The position numbers were made by a program, and so were the translations under genes. Below the pieces are notes generated by a model. That model worked only from the letters and a program-made list of their open reading frames with translations, made no database searches and was not told the DNA's origin. Positions 20,718 to 32,609 of a DNA stretch of 64,000 nucleotides are shown here, one piece after another. Origin of the DNA: Epithemia pelagica (lineage: Eukaryota; Protista; Bacillariophyta); assembly GCA_946965045.2 (NCBI GenBank), contig OX337232.1, positions 62,001 through 126,000 of the forward strand, in the 5' to 3' direction. Every line of letters begins with the position of its first letter. Position 1 is the first letter of the stretch.

Positions 20718-22148
20718 TTAGTACGGGTCGAGAATAATCTCCACCTCAACTTCAATGTGGTCGTGCCAGTAACAGATCTCCTTGTATTTAAGACCAAATG
20801 GAGCCAACGACTCTTGATACAACGACGACTTTTGCTCATCTTCCAACTGATGCTCCAACATGATTTCTTTGAGTTGGTCGTATATTTCTGGATGATCCCT
20901 GCGACAACACAGAACTATCCCATCCTCGCAATTTTCAAATAGAAAAAGAGCCACGCGAAGGTAATTCAACTTGTGATCGATAGTCTTTGCTTCTTTTGGA
21001 TTCTTTTTTTTTGCTTCCATCAAGTCATGAATCCGCTGGAGTTGTTCATGTTGAAGGTCCTTCAAGTATTGTTCAGCGTGAAGCTTATGACCATGCATCT
21101 TTCTGAGCACTAGCCAATAAGGAATACCCCAAACCAAGGCATTGCCTGTACGAATTTGAGTATCATCAAAATCAAAGCTTTGGAATACCTTCGACAAGGA
21201 TTCTTTGGTAACATGGCTCTTGTACGGAAGACTGACTTTACCATGATGCATAAAGTCCACAAGGAAACGAAAATGGATCAAATCAACGTTGATCGTAATA
21301 GGCTTGTCGTCGTATGTGTGAACTTTTTCGTCTATCCGGCGCCACTTAGCCTCTTTCGTTAGCCAGCAATGAGGAAACTCGTCAAGCAGTGTTTGTGGCA
21401 TATTCACACAGAGTCCTTCGACCAAAAACGGGACAGTGTTACTGTTGAAGGTCCAAAATTTGGATTGCCCTTCTGCTGGTGAGGGTTCGGTAATACAAGT
21501 CTCGGTCCAATTTTCCTTATCATCGATCCGAAACCTCTTCCTAACCTTCAACAAGGACTGTGGGGTGACTTGGTTCTTGGGCGGAAGAATGACTTTCTCG
21601 TCTCGCATATACTTCACAAGGCAACGAAAATGGTTCAGATCCACGTCAATCGCAATAGGCTCGTCTTCTTCTTCTGCTGGGCGTTCTGCACTAGCAAGTT
21701 TGGCCAGCTTGGTATCGGGAAACTTGTCCAGGAGCTTTTGTGGCACATTCACAGAGAGTCCTTCCACCAAAAACGGAACGCTCTGACGGCGAGGCATAAT
21801 GACTTCACCATTCCCAGACAGATCTGAATCCAGCTGCTGGAACAGAAAAGTGCTCGACCACCCGAGCATTAGTCCTCTCACAAACATCAAGATCATGGTC
21901 TCGTGTCTCTTCTTTCTCTTCTTGCACTCCAGTCTTTCCGGGTAAGGAGCTTTTTGTGAGTGGCAGCGTTTGGTACCGGGATCGACATTTACCTCAAAAC
22001 CCAAAATGCCGCCGTGCGGGTTTTCGTGGTCCGCGTCCAAAACTGTCCCATCTCGTTGTGGGTACGGACGATTGACGGACGACCTGTGTGTATTAGCGTC
22101 TCGCATTTGGGGGCTGGGGGGGGTCACGCACTTTGGGGGAGGGGCCAT
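20718..22148 (-). CDS. BTB5: two tandem BTB domains plus one C-terminal domain
   Basis: VPFLVEGLSVNVPQKLLDKFPDTKL...HFRCLVKYMRDEKVILP and VPFLVEGLCVNMPQTLLDEFP...HFRFLVDFMHHGKVSLP, then YQESLAPFGLKY. Start is ATG 22148 or 21896. Confidence 0.85.
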   Translation of the reverse strand: MAPPPKCVTPPSPQMRDANTHRSSVNRPYPQRDGTVLDADHENPHGGILGFEVNVDPGTKRCHSQKAPYPERLECKKRKKRHETMILMFVRGLMLGWSSTFLFQQLDSDLSGNGEVIMPRRQSVPFLVEGLSVNVPQKLLDKFPDTKLAKLASAERPAEEEDEPIAIDVDLNHFRCLVKYMRDEKVILPPKNQVTPQSLLKVRKRFRIDDKENWTETCITEPSPAEGQSKFWTFNSNTVPFLVEGLCVNMPQTLLDEFPHCWLTKEAKWRRIDEKVHTYDDKPITINVDLIHFRFLVDFMHHGKVSLPYKSHVTKESLSKVFQSFDFDDTQIRTGNALVWGIPYWLVLRKMHGHKLHAEQYLKDLQHEQLQRIHDLMEAKKKNPKEAKTIDHKLNYLRVALFLFENCEDGIVLCCRRDHPEIYDQLKEIMLEHQLEDEQKSSLYQESLAPFGLKYKEICYWHDHIEVEVEIILDPY

Positions 22149-22477
22149 AACGGCGAAACACCATGGTAGGCTGCCGCAAACACAAAAACAAAGGCACACC
22201 AACGCCTCTATACAAGCGCGCCAGTAGACACGTCAGAAGCGAAGCATCGTCCAACAAAGCTGAAGCGAACTCAATTGATGGAAACCACGGTCGTGTTCAG
22301 GCTCCGGGATTGGAGGTTCAACGATTCACACTTGGTGAGACCTCTAGGAGAAGGAAAACTTGGCTGTTAAACAACATTGTTTCGACTACTACAGTCAACA
22401 AAGGAACTTGCCCAGTGCTTACGCTTGGAATACAAACCAAGCTCTTTCAATATTCACTCAAGCAACTTTCGGAGGTT

Positions 22478-23367
22478 TTACATTTGCTGCAACACAACCT
22501 TGATTCCATCTCCAGATTCTTCATGATACATGTCCTTGTACTCCAAACCAAATAACGCGAGGCACTTTTGATGGTACTCTTTCAGTTTCCAGAATACGCA
22601 GTAAGTTCCCATCAAATCGTTTTCAGTGGACCACTTTGCAATGTCGGAACTTGGGGAAACATTCCATAGGATCGTGTCGAGTGCCTGATAGATGGCCTTG
22701 TTCTCGCTCGTCACCGTCATATCAAATAGCTTGGTCTTTCGTTGTTCCTGAAATAGGTACAGCGCCGCGTCCATACACCGTTTCTTGTACTCAATCATGG
22801 CTCCTTCCTTTTCATTCTGGACACGTTCCTGCTCAAGTACCAACAGACGTGAATCATGTAGTTCTTCGAGAAAACCTTGGTTTTTCGCCCCATGCGGCAA
22901 TGAACAGATTAATTCCTGGATTGTGTCGACATATTTCTCAATTTTGTGAGTGCGAGACTGGAAAGTATAATCATCCACATTGTCTTGGTTTGTGAACCCT
23001 AACGACTTCATAGTCTTTTGCAACGTCTTTTTCTTGACATGCGGGGGAAGCTCCACGCCGAGATTGCGCATATAGTCCAAAATAAAGAAAACTGGACCTG
23101 GCCGACTTCCAGCTTATACGGAGCAGGATTCTTTCCCTGCAAAGCTGCGAACACTGATGATGGGGATGACGCGAGCGTGGCAAGCTTGGTGTTGGGAAAA
23201 CGGTTCACTAAGGACTTAGGCACATCAATGGTTCGTCCGTTCGCGAGAAACGCAATGCCTCGATGGAGTCCAGCAGCGCTAGTACCCAGCAGACTTGTAG
23301 TTGTTGTACTAGTCCGTTGCGGATACTTAGTACGAACCAGATTCCAAAGAAGAGTGCTTCGCATCAT
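22478..23367 (-). pseudogene. BTB6: single BTB gene with a 1-nt deletion (or sequencing error)
   Basis: The N-terminal frame (MMRSTLLW...IAFLANGRTIDVPKSLVNRFPNTKLATLA...QVQF) joins FILDYMRN only if one base is restored at about 23087-23091; ends YHQKCLALFGLEY. Confidence 0.8.
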
Positions 23368-24422
23368 CGTCTTCAAAACCAAAATCAATAGCCGTTGCCT
23401 GGACTTGAGATTTGTGGCATCCTCCAGATTTGTGGGCTGCTCAGGGATACTGTGGTGGTGCGAGAGTTTTTGTGATTGGATGCGACAGATGGTTCACTGG
23501 CAAAAAAACTGTTTGAGGGATGGTGACTGTATGTATGGTTCCGCGCGACGCCTCTTCGCTCCGTGTCCTGATACAACCAACAACACAGTGTCAAGTCATC
23601 ACGCCCCATCACATGAACGTTTTGCTACTCGACAGGTGAGGACGACGTCCGTTCTGGTGTTTCTATGCGTCTGCGCGCCGTGGGATGAAAGCGTGGTGGT
23701 TTCTGTTCACCGACGCACCGTAAGGTACGCCACACGCTCTCTCTTCTATTCCAGTTCCGGTCCACCGAGTGGAACTAGATTCGCTATACCTGCCTTTAGG
23801 TGTGCCGGATCGAGGAACTTTTTTTCCCTTCACACCGAATAGTTCTACCTGTATCTGTGGAAATTCACGCTCGTGCTTCTTTCCTCGCTACACGCTCGTG
23901 TGGATTGGTGGTTGGCTCCACGTACGACTCACTCCTCCACGGTTTCTTTGACGACTACAGCACCTCTATTTGTTGCTCACTGTAAGTGCTGGAACGAAAT
24001 ACATCATCCAGTTCACGATCGTAAATGGTTCGTACGGGGGACGGCCTCACATCACGCACACATGGTCTGTGAGTCCACTCCCCGATCAGTGTTGATTGCC
24101 GGAAGAGAAGAGTGAGAGAAGTCGTCTCCGTCGGCGTGCCTGCGAGCCATTGTGGTCGCATGCGATTCACGGTCTGTTACCAGCTTTCGAGTCGCGCCGA
24201 GGGAGAAATCCTAATCAGAGGAATATCATAATAAAGGCATCGGTCTATCGGAACATCGGAACCTCGCCTGGAATAAAACGTATTACCAAACATGAATGCG
24301 TACATCGAAGCTGACGTTTTGGTGACGGCGATACTACTGCACTGACACAATACTCGTATCCAGAGGTAGGAATCACGGCCGAAACCTTTCTGTATCGATC
24401 AAGTCCGTTTCCAAGTGAATGA

Positions 24423-25658
24423 TTAGTGCGGGTCGACAAGAATCTCCAACTGAACTTCAATGTGGTCGTCCCAGTAACAGATCTCACTGTATTTAAGACC
24501 AAATGGAGCCAACGACTCTTGATACAACGATGACTTTTGCTCATCTTCCAACTGATGCTCCAACATGATTTCTTTGAGTTGATCGTATATATCTGGATGA
24601 TCCCTGCGACAACACAGAACTTTCATATGCTCCTGATACCATGGTAACGACCATTCTTGAAATACAAAAAGAGCCACTCGAAGGCGATTCAACTTGTAAT
24701 CGATAGTCTCTGCTTCTTTTTTATTCACTTTTCTGGTTGCCATCAAGTCATGAATCCGCTGGCGTTGTTCATCTTCAAGGTCCTTCAAGTATTGTCTCGC
24801 GTGAAGATTGTGACCATCCATGTTTTTGAGTAGCATCCAATAGGGCACACCCGAAACTAAAGCATTGCCTGTACGAATTTGAGTATCATCAAAATCAAAG
24901 CTTTGGAATACCTTCGACAAAGATTCTTTGGTAACATGACTCTTGTATGGAAGTCTGACTTGACCATGATGCATGTAGTCCACAAGGAAACGAAAATGGA
25001 TCATATCAACGTCAAGCGCAATGGGCTTGTTGACGTTTCTGTCGCGCCGCAACCATGCATCTGTCGTTAGCCTGCAATCAGGAAACTCGTCAAGCAACGT
25101 TTGTGGCACATTCACACAGAGTCCTTCGACCAAAAACGGGACAGTGCTACAGTTGGTGGTCCAGAAATTCCTCTCTTCTTCTTCCAGAGACGGTTTGGTA
25201 TTACAATTGTCGGTCCAATTTTCCGTTTCATCAATGTCAAATCTCTTCATGACCTTCAACAAGGACTTTGGAGTGACTTTGTGCTTGGGCGGAAGAACGA
25301 CTTTCTCATCTCGCATATACCTCACAAGGCAACGAAAATGGTTCAGATCCACGTCAATCGCAATAGGCTCGTCTTCTTCTTCTGCCGGGCGTTTCGTGCT
25401 AGCAAGTTTGGCAAGCTTGGTATCGGGAAACTTGTCGAGGAGCTTTTGTGGCACATTCACAAAGAGTCCTTCCACCAAAAACGGAACGTTCTGACGAGGC
25501 AAAATGACTTCACCAACGGTTCGTCCTTTCACGAGAAACGCACTACCTCGATGGAATCCAGCAGCACTGGTACCCAGCAGACTTGTAGTTGTTGTACTAG
25601 TCCGTTGCGGATACTTAGTACGAACCTGATTCCAAAGAAGGGCGCTGCGGAACATCAT
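24423..25658 (-). CDS. BTB7: intact chimera of the BTB6 5' end and the BTB5 body
   Basis: 411-aa ORF. The first about 47 codons match BTB6 and the rest matches BTB5; junction at 25511-25516. Confidence 0.88.
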   Translation of the reverse strand: MMFRSALLWNQVRTKYPQRTSTTTTSLLGTSAAGFHRGSAFLVKGRTVGEVILPRQNVPFLVEGLFVNVPQKLLDKFPDTKLAKLASTKRPAEEEDEPIAIDVDLNHFRCLVRYMRDEKVVLPPKHKVTPKSLLKVMKRFDIDETENWTDNCNTKPSLEEEERNFWTTNCSTVPFLVEGLCVNVPQTLLDEFPDCRLTTDAWLRRDRNVNKPIALDVDMIHFRFLVDYMHHGQVRLPYKSHVTKESLSKVFQSFDFDDTQIRTGNALVSGVPYWMLLKNMDGHNLHARQYLKDLEDEQRQRIHDLMATRKVNKKEAETIDYKLNRLRVALFVFQEWSLPWYQEHMKVLCCRRDHPDIYDQLKEIMLEHQLEDEQKSSLYQESLAPFGLKYSEICYWDDHIEVQLEILVDPH

Positions 25659-28045
25659 TTCAAAACCAAAACCACTAGCCGTTGCCTGGACTTGAGATTT
25701 GTGGCATCCTCCAGTGGGCTGCTCAGGGATACTGTGCTGGTGCGAGAGTTTTTGTGATTGGATGCGACAGATGGCTCACTGGCAAAAAGAAACTGTTTGA
25801 GGGATGGTGACTGTATGGTTCCGCGCGACGCCTCTTCGCTCCGTGTCCTGATACAACCAACAACACAGTGTCATGTCATCACGCCCCATCACGAACGCTT
25901 GTCGTGTCCACTACTCCGCAGGTTGGGGTCGTCCGTTCTGGTGTTTATATGCGTCTGCGCGCCGTGGGATGAGAGCGTGATGGTTTCTGTTTGCCGACGC
26001 ACCCTACGCAACACGCTGTCTCTTCTATTCTGGTTTCGGTCCACCGAGTGGAACACAATTCGCTACCTGACTAATAATAGGTGTGCCGGATCGAGGACCG
26101 GTTTTTTTCTTCACACCGAAACGTTGTACCAGCATCCTCGGGTTGGTGTGCCCTTTGTTTGTCGCAGCCACAGAGTCCCATCTCGGTACACAGGCAAAAG
26201 GAAGAAAGTATAGACGTGATAAACGTGTGCGCAATATATTTTTGCAGAGTTGTTGCACACCGCGTCTCAACAGGACCGACTATTCTTTTTGTAGATTCCA
26301 CCGGTAGTAGCATGGCTCGTTTCAATGGTTTCCATTGAAAAATTCGCTCCATGGGAGGATGCCACTGTCGTTCCATCACAAAACACGCTTGTTCTTCCTC
26401 GTCGACATTATGTTTTGGACTGGGCACAGTGCTCCATGATGTTGTCTGCTTGGTGTACGAGAAGACCACCAGCGTTCCCTTTCCGGAATCGTTCCGTCTC
26501 GATCGGACTGTTGTTCTGGATTCGGTAGTTTGCAAAACGTAGTCCCAACGTATTACGCGAGTCAAATGCGTTTGGATCGTCCTCGTCACTCGTCGTATTC
26601 TTGTCCTCGTTCCGAGAGTTATCATCGGACTCCAATGGTTGTGCGCTGGTCTTGTGTGGAATTTTCGGACTGGGCCGCAACCCCTCGAACGAGAGATGGT
26701 GGTTGTGCTTGTTTGGTTGTGGCTGATTCGGCAACCGACGACAAGAGGGTTGCATCGTCGTCACTTTTGCTGTGATATGAAATAAGAAGAATGGGGATTG
26801 TGCAAAATCACTCTTTGTAATGGCCTTGTCGGTCGTTCCTGTCGTCGACACTGGACACACACGGACATAACAAAGAATTACTTTTTCATCCAATGTGCCA
26901 TTCTCGTCGTCCTGTGTGAGACAGAGATGCCTGATTGGACGACCCTCGTGTGATTTGCGCCAGGAATCAAACTCTGGAATCCACAAAATTGTCTCTCATT
27001 GCAAAATCGAGAGGGGGTCCCCTCAAAAAGACTGAGAGTTTCTTTTCGACGATTGGCACCCGCAATTTCTCAAGTCATACGTTGTATAGTCTCGATCGAT
27101 CGATGGGGACCGAGACGAGCCGCCGCAAACCCTGCCATTCCACAAACGGAAAGTGTTGCGCTTCTCGTAGGAATGGTCTGTATAAGAGAAAAAAAGAGAG
27201 AGGGAGAGAGTTCTTTTGGGCTCTCCATCCTATATAGCTCATATGGAAACGACAGCAAACGAACCTCTCTTGTTGATTGAGGTTTGTCATGAAAGGGACC
27301 CCCTCCCTGATGCGTTGGATTGTCTCTTGTTTCTGGCACACAGAGGATCCAAAACGAGCACTCGTGTGGAACGAATGGAAAAAGGATCAACAAGATTCTT
27401 TTGTGGCCAAGGCAAAAGAGTGTGCGTGGGAGAGTGCGTGTTCCACTCTCGTCTCGGTCGGCGTAACTGCGAGCCATCCATACCGCTCAAAAGATCCGCA
27501 ACATGATGAGTCATGAACGAGACTCGATAATAGGGAAGCTAGCTGTTCCTCTAGTTAGAGACTACTCCCCATGCGAGAATCGATACTATAGCTATGGCTG
27601 GATCTACTACAATGGTTTGGATCGCCATTTCTAAGTTCCTGGATGGTGCAACGGCTTGGAACCACGAAACATGGCGACCAACCATGTCAATAACTCCTCC
27701 TCAAGAAGACCCTCATGACTGTTGGCGTGTCCAGAAGGGATCTACCTAGTTGCTGTTTCCCAAGAACCAACTGGAGGACCGAGTGACTTCCACGAAAACG
27801 CAAGTCACTTTAGATTGGAGTCAATGGTGTTCCAACCAACTGGTCGTTCTTGTCGTTCCATCGTTACGTTTGCGTTATACAAGTGGATGTGATGAAATCT
27901 AGTTACTGTTTCGCAAGAACCCATCCGGAAGATGCGCCAGACCGAGCGAATTCAACGAAAAAGACTTTTGCAACGACAAGATCGCCTTGTCCATAGCTAT
28001 ATTCCATGAACATCCATACTAGGATTTTTTCATTCAAGTCGAGTG

Positions 28046-28996
28046 TTATGGTTCGGAACGAACCAGGTCGATAATAAAATCTTCCGTGCCCAAGTTGCAC
28101 GAAATTTGATGATATCGTAACCCAAAGACCACCAAGGACTCTTGATGAAACGTCTTATCCTCATCTTGTACCAGTCGATGATCCACCATGATGGCTCGGA
28201 CAAGGCCATAGATTTCTGGATCCGTAGATTTCTTGGGACAGACAATTCTCAATTGGCCCGTCCGTCGGTATTCTTGAAACAAAAACAGTGCCACGCGAAG
28301 GCGACCCACCTTGAATTCAATATTCCGTGCTTCCTTGGGATTTTGTTCTTTTTCAATCATCATTTCCGAAATCCACAAGCGCTGTTCCGCTTCCAGGCCA
28401 TCCAAGTAGTGGATTGCAGTGGGGACCGATACCACCGCCGTGAGCTTCTGGTCCTCGGGTCGCCAGAAATTGCGCATCCTCGCAAACCATCCATTCTGAC
28501 CTTTACTACTAGTAGTACGAACAGTCATATCTGGAAACCCAAAGTCCTTCAACACCTTGGACAATGATTTGTGGGTGACGCGGCTCTTGTAGGGAAGAAG
28601 GACTGGTTCCTGTCGCAGTAAGTTCACAAGGTACCGAAAATGAATCAAATCCACGTCAATTGGAATCGGCTTGTTACTACTACTCACGCCGTTGATTACT
28701 GTTGGGTCATTCTCCTGGTTGTGGCGCTCCTCCAATGCGGCCAGTTTGGCAAGCTTGGTATCCGGAAACCGGTCCAAGAGTGATTGTGGCACATGTACCG
28801 ACAATCCTTCCACGAGAAACGCAATCTCGTCACTGCTGCGAGAACAGACTCCACCCTCAGAATCATCCTCATTGCTACTACACCACAGTGGATTTAAACC
28901 TGTCCCCCGCGGCTGCTGGTGGTGTCCTCGTAGAACCACCATGCTCGTCCACAACAACACTCCTTGCGCAAACACCATGATCGAAATTTTCCTCAT
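28046..28996 (-). CDS. BTB8 (316 aa)
   Basis: IAFLVEGLSVHVPQSLLDRFPDTKLAKLA...HFRYLVNLLRQEPVLLP, then FHQESLVVFGLRY. Confidence 0.9.
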   Translation of the reverse strand: MRKISIMVFAQGVLLWTSMVVLRGHHQQPRGTGLNPLWCSSNEDDSEGGVCSRSSDEIAFLVEGLSVHVPQSLLDRFPDTKLAKLAALEERHNQENDPTVINGVSSSNKPIPIDVDLIHFRYLVNLLRQEPVLLPYKSRVTHKSLSKVLKDFGFPDMTVRTTSSKGQNGWFARMRNFWRPEDQKLTAVVSVPTAIHYLDGLEAEQRLWISEMMIEKEQNPKEARNIEFKVGRLRVALFLFQEYRRTGQLRIVCPKKSTDPEIYGLVRAIMVDHRLVQDEDKTFHQESLVVFGLRYHQISCNLGTEDFIIDLVRSEP

Positions 28997-31900
28997 CGAT
29001 TGTAGAGCGTGTAATCCGAACTATCCTCTTTCGTTGCGGACGGTTCTGGGTTTTCCGGTACCGATTCTTGCGTCACCTCAAAGTCTGAAAACTCGTAGAT
29101 CGCGCACAGTTTCTGGAATGTGCATTTCGCGGTGTGCGCATTGGCTCGTTCCTAAGTCCAACCGAAACCATGTGGGCTGGATGCAGCAAAGAACCTGGTT
29201 GGTGAAAATGTTGTTGGACTTGGTCCATCCTCTTCTAGAGACACCTCGTCCTTGTGGTGGTTGTCGCTGCTCTGTGGTGTGCGTGTCTGCTCGAAAGCCG
29301 GCGCCAACAACAACGACGACGACGACAATTTGCCACCGCCCGAGACTGAGGATGGCAGCAGGGCCGCGTTGTAAAAAATAATGTCCAGGCGCTCCGCCGA
29401 TTTTTGCTAGGTATGATATAGTTCCTGGCAGTTTATATAGCGCAAGTGTTCATCGATCCGGGGCCCAACATGCCGTGATGGTTCTGTTCTGGACCCACGA
29501 TGCCAGTGGGATGGTTCAGAACCAACCATGACGGTATGTGGATGGTCCGTGACAACACGGACCCTGTCTATCGGTGCCAATGGCACCTCCAGGCGGGACA
29601 CTTTACGGGGCACAATGGACTGTTGCATGTAGTACCAACCACTGCCTTTCGTGCTTGTCCTCGTCTGCCATTGGATCAGGAGTGCGCAACTCATGAGAGA
29701 ATGATACTCACGAGATGCACGCCTTTAAAAGGAGAACCAAGTGAGCGTCGGCTCACGTCAAAAGGGCCAAGGCATGGACGACCAAGAACAGGCGCAGTTT
29801 CATGGGCAATACAAGTGGTATGACTCTTGTGACTCTGTTCACCAACGAACAAAACACAGGGACTGTCATTCGTTGTTGCAAGATCAGGATAACTCCACCC
29901 ATGACAGAGGAATCGGCCTTTTTTTGGGTCCACCAGCAGTTGGAACTGGCAAGGTGGGACGGACCGTCACCATGACGATTCAAGGCTTGGTATTATAAAA
30001 GAGAGTGTGAGAATCGAAGGAGGGCAACCCACTGTTTGCCAAAAAGTCATGACAGAATACCGCCAAGTCTCTGACTTGCTTTGGATTCCAGTCCGAGAAT
30101 GGAACGTCCAGAGGCATGAATCATTCGTTCAGGCCCAACCAGTCCGAAAAAGGACACTCTGGCTTCCCCAACCCCACACCTCAATCATCTCATCGAATCA
30201 AACCCAACAAGTGCCATGATAGTCGGATGCTCGGGGCTTGGATAAGGATGGAATCGTCCGAATCTCCTCTCAGCTTTTCTCTCGGCTGATTGTACATGTG
30301 ATGGGAGGACGTGCGCCAAAAAGACGACAGTTTGTTGGCGGTGTGGTGGGTTCCGCTTTCCAAAAAAGCATGCGAGGAGCCAACGCAACACGGCGTCGTA
30401 CCTCCCAAAGGAACCCATTGAAAGCCCTTGGGACACACACCCAACAGCGACAGAAACAGACCTGTCGCTTCATTGACACGGCGACACTATGAAAGATGGT
30501 CCTGTGGTGGTGGACAGTGCGAATCGTTGTACAACGAGTCGCTGGAACAAGGAATAGTCTCGACCGTCGCAGTATTGGCGCGCGCGAGAGAGAGGGATCG
30601 GAACAGCGACGACAAGTGCAGTGTTTTGCCATGCTTCAAATCGACGATTGGACTCTAGTACTGCGAGGGTCTCTCCATGACACACACTGTATGACGTGTT
30701 GTGGCGTTGCATACCCAGACTTTTTGTGTTGCGACACCAGTAATGGCTGTCGGACGGTCGGTTGTGCCATTGGCTGAGATTCTTCTCGACTGCTGCCGCT
30801 GCTGCAAGAGTTTCTCGAGTTGCTGTCATTACGATTCGGCGCGTTCCCTTCTCCCGCAGTAGTAGAGATGCTTGGTTGGAAGCGAATCGCATCGTTTCGT
30901 CCTCTACAGATTCGATCGATCCGCAAAGGGTTGGTATTGTACGAGAGAGAGAGAGATAACAAACCACACAAAGCTCTCTCTCTCCGCCATTGGCGAGGAA
31001 GAAAACGAGAGTGCGAGCGTTCGTCTCGGTCGGCGCGTCTGCGAGCCATTCCAGTCGATTTTCCGCGACCAATATCTTGAGTCACGATTGGTCTGGACTC
31101 CATCAGACTTAATTGTCTCGGAACACAAAAAAAGATACCAGACCATATGTCGGCGTCGTTCTGTTGTTGTTGTCGTCTTCTGGATGAGACGGAACTCGAC
31201 GTTGCACCTTGTGGTCGTTTCGGTTCACTCTCTCGAACCCTTTGACTGTGCCAGACCACATGTGTTGCTTTCCGGAACGACGAACAGTCTCGGGGAGGAT
31301 GGTTCTCCTGGAACTATATACAACGACCGACACGCTTTTCTTGTGGATCATCCTTTTGGCGCTTCTTTGGCAATCCAAACGAAAGCCCACATGTTGCCGT
31401 CGGAAGCGTATGTGTACCAATCCATCATGTCCAGGCCACAATAATGCGTTTTGGATTTCGAAAGCGCAAGACTGTTCGTTCAATGGTTCGATAACATTGG
31501 ACTGACGAGAACGACGAGTAATACTCTTGGTGTTGTTCCTTCCTCTCGACAAGGGCCTGCTGTTGGCCGTGGCGTTGGATTCGCGGTGGTGAAATCTGTG
31601 GACTGTCATGTACAAAAGAAGCGCGACCCCAACAGGAAGGACTCCTGTGAGGTACAAGAAGCGCGAGTCCCAAACCGCAAGGACTCTTGCTCAAGCAGGA
31701 GCAATTCCGAGGCAGCATCCTTGGCTCCTACTCTATACGGTCCTTGTCATACAGTCCGCGGTCCATTCTCTCTCCATCAATCGATTGCTCTAGCAATCAA
31801 TCGATCCGTCCATACTTGAATCTTTGGACTGTTCGCGGTATTTATAGAATGATACGTGAGAATGGCGCATCTTGCTGGGAGGTTCGCTCCTCGGCAATGG

Positions 31901-32166
31901 CCGTGTGCCGTGTCGACAGTGCGTTTGCACACTTTAGAATTGATATCGGAACCATGTCGGTTTGGTTTGTGCATGGGAACGGAACCATGGGAAATTGTAC
32001 GATCGGCCAAATCGCCCTTGGATGTTTCGTGGTTCGGATCGCAGTCTCTGGATTCAAGGCTGCGTCATCCAAAGGAAAAAGGAACAAACGCATTGTGGTT
32101 GAATACACACACATGAGACGTGAGGGTTTGGACGCGAAACAGTGTGAATTGGACCGTCGCACATAA

Positions 32167-32538
32167 AGACTGCCCAACACTATCATGACGATGCAATCAC
32201 GGTTCATGGACGACTTTCGTGGTGGACCCAGTACGTACTGACGTTGCATCGTCCGTAACCAAACAGGTTCCCATTGTACGAACAAACCACGTTTCTCAAA
32301 GAAGAAACTCGAAACCAGTACAAAATGTCCTCTTCTCTCCGTGAGTTTGACCGATGCACAGGAGGAAGACTGCCAAACAATATCCTGACGATGCAATCAC
32401 GGTTCATGGACGACGTTCGTGGTGGACCCAGAACGTACGGACCTCCTCGCATCGTCTGTAACCAAACAGGTTCCCCTTGTACGAACAAGCCACGTTTCTC
32501 CAAGGAGAAACTCGAAACCAGTACAAAATGACCTCTTC
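32167..32538. repeat. Tandem duplication, about 170-bp units at 200-bp period
   Basis: aagactgcc...acaaaatg(t/a)cctcttc at about 32167 and about 32367. Confidence 0.85.
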
Positions 32539-32609
32539 CCTGTGCATACGAGAACAATAACTCCATCGCATGAGAACTTGGAGAACCTCCGTGAAACTAC
32601 CATGCTCCA

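Larger units (their letters stand above)
20125..26121. repeat. Nested direct duplications: 20125-21810 approximately equals 23853-25514; 23226-23840 approximately equals 25515-26121
   Basis: Colinear coding and non-coding similarity read directly; boundaries approximate. Confidence 0.85.

Noticed and set aside
26200-32100. Assorted 100-200-aa ORFs between BTB7, BTB8 and 32 kb
   Set aside because: No recognisable motifs, and mutually overlapping frames on both strands; treated as non-coding or decayed sequence.
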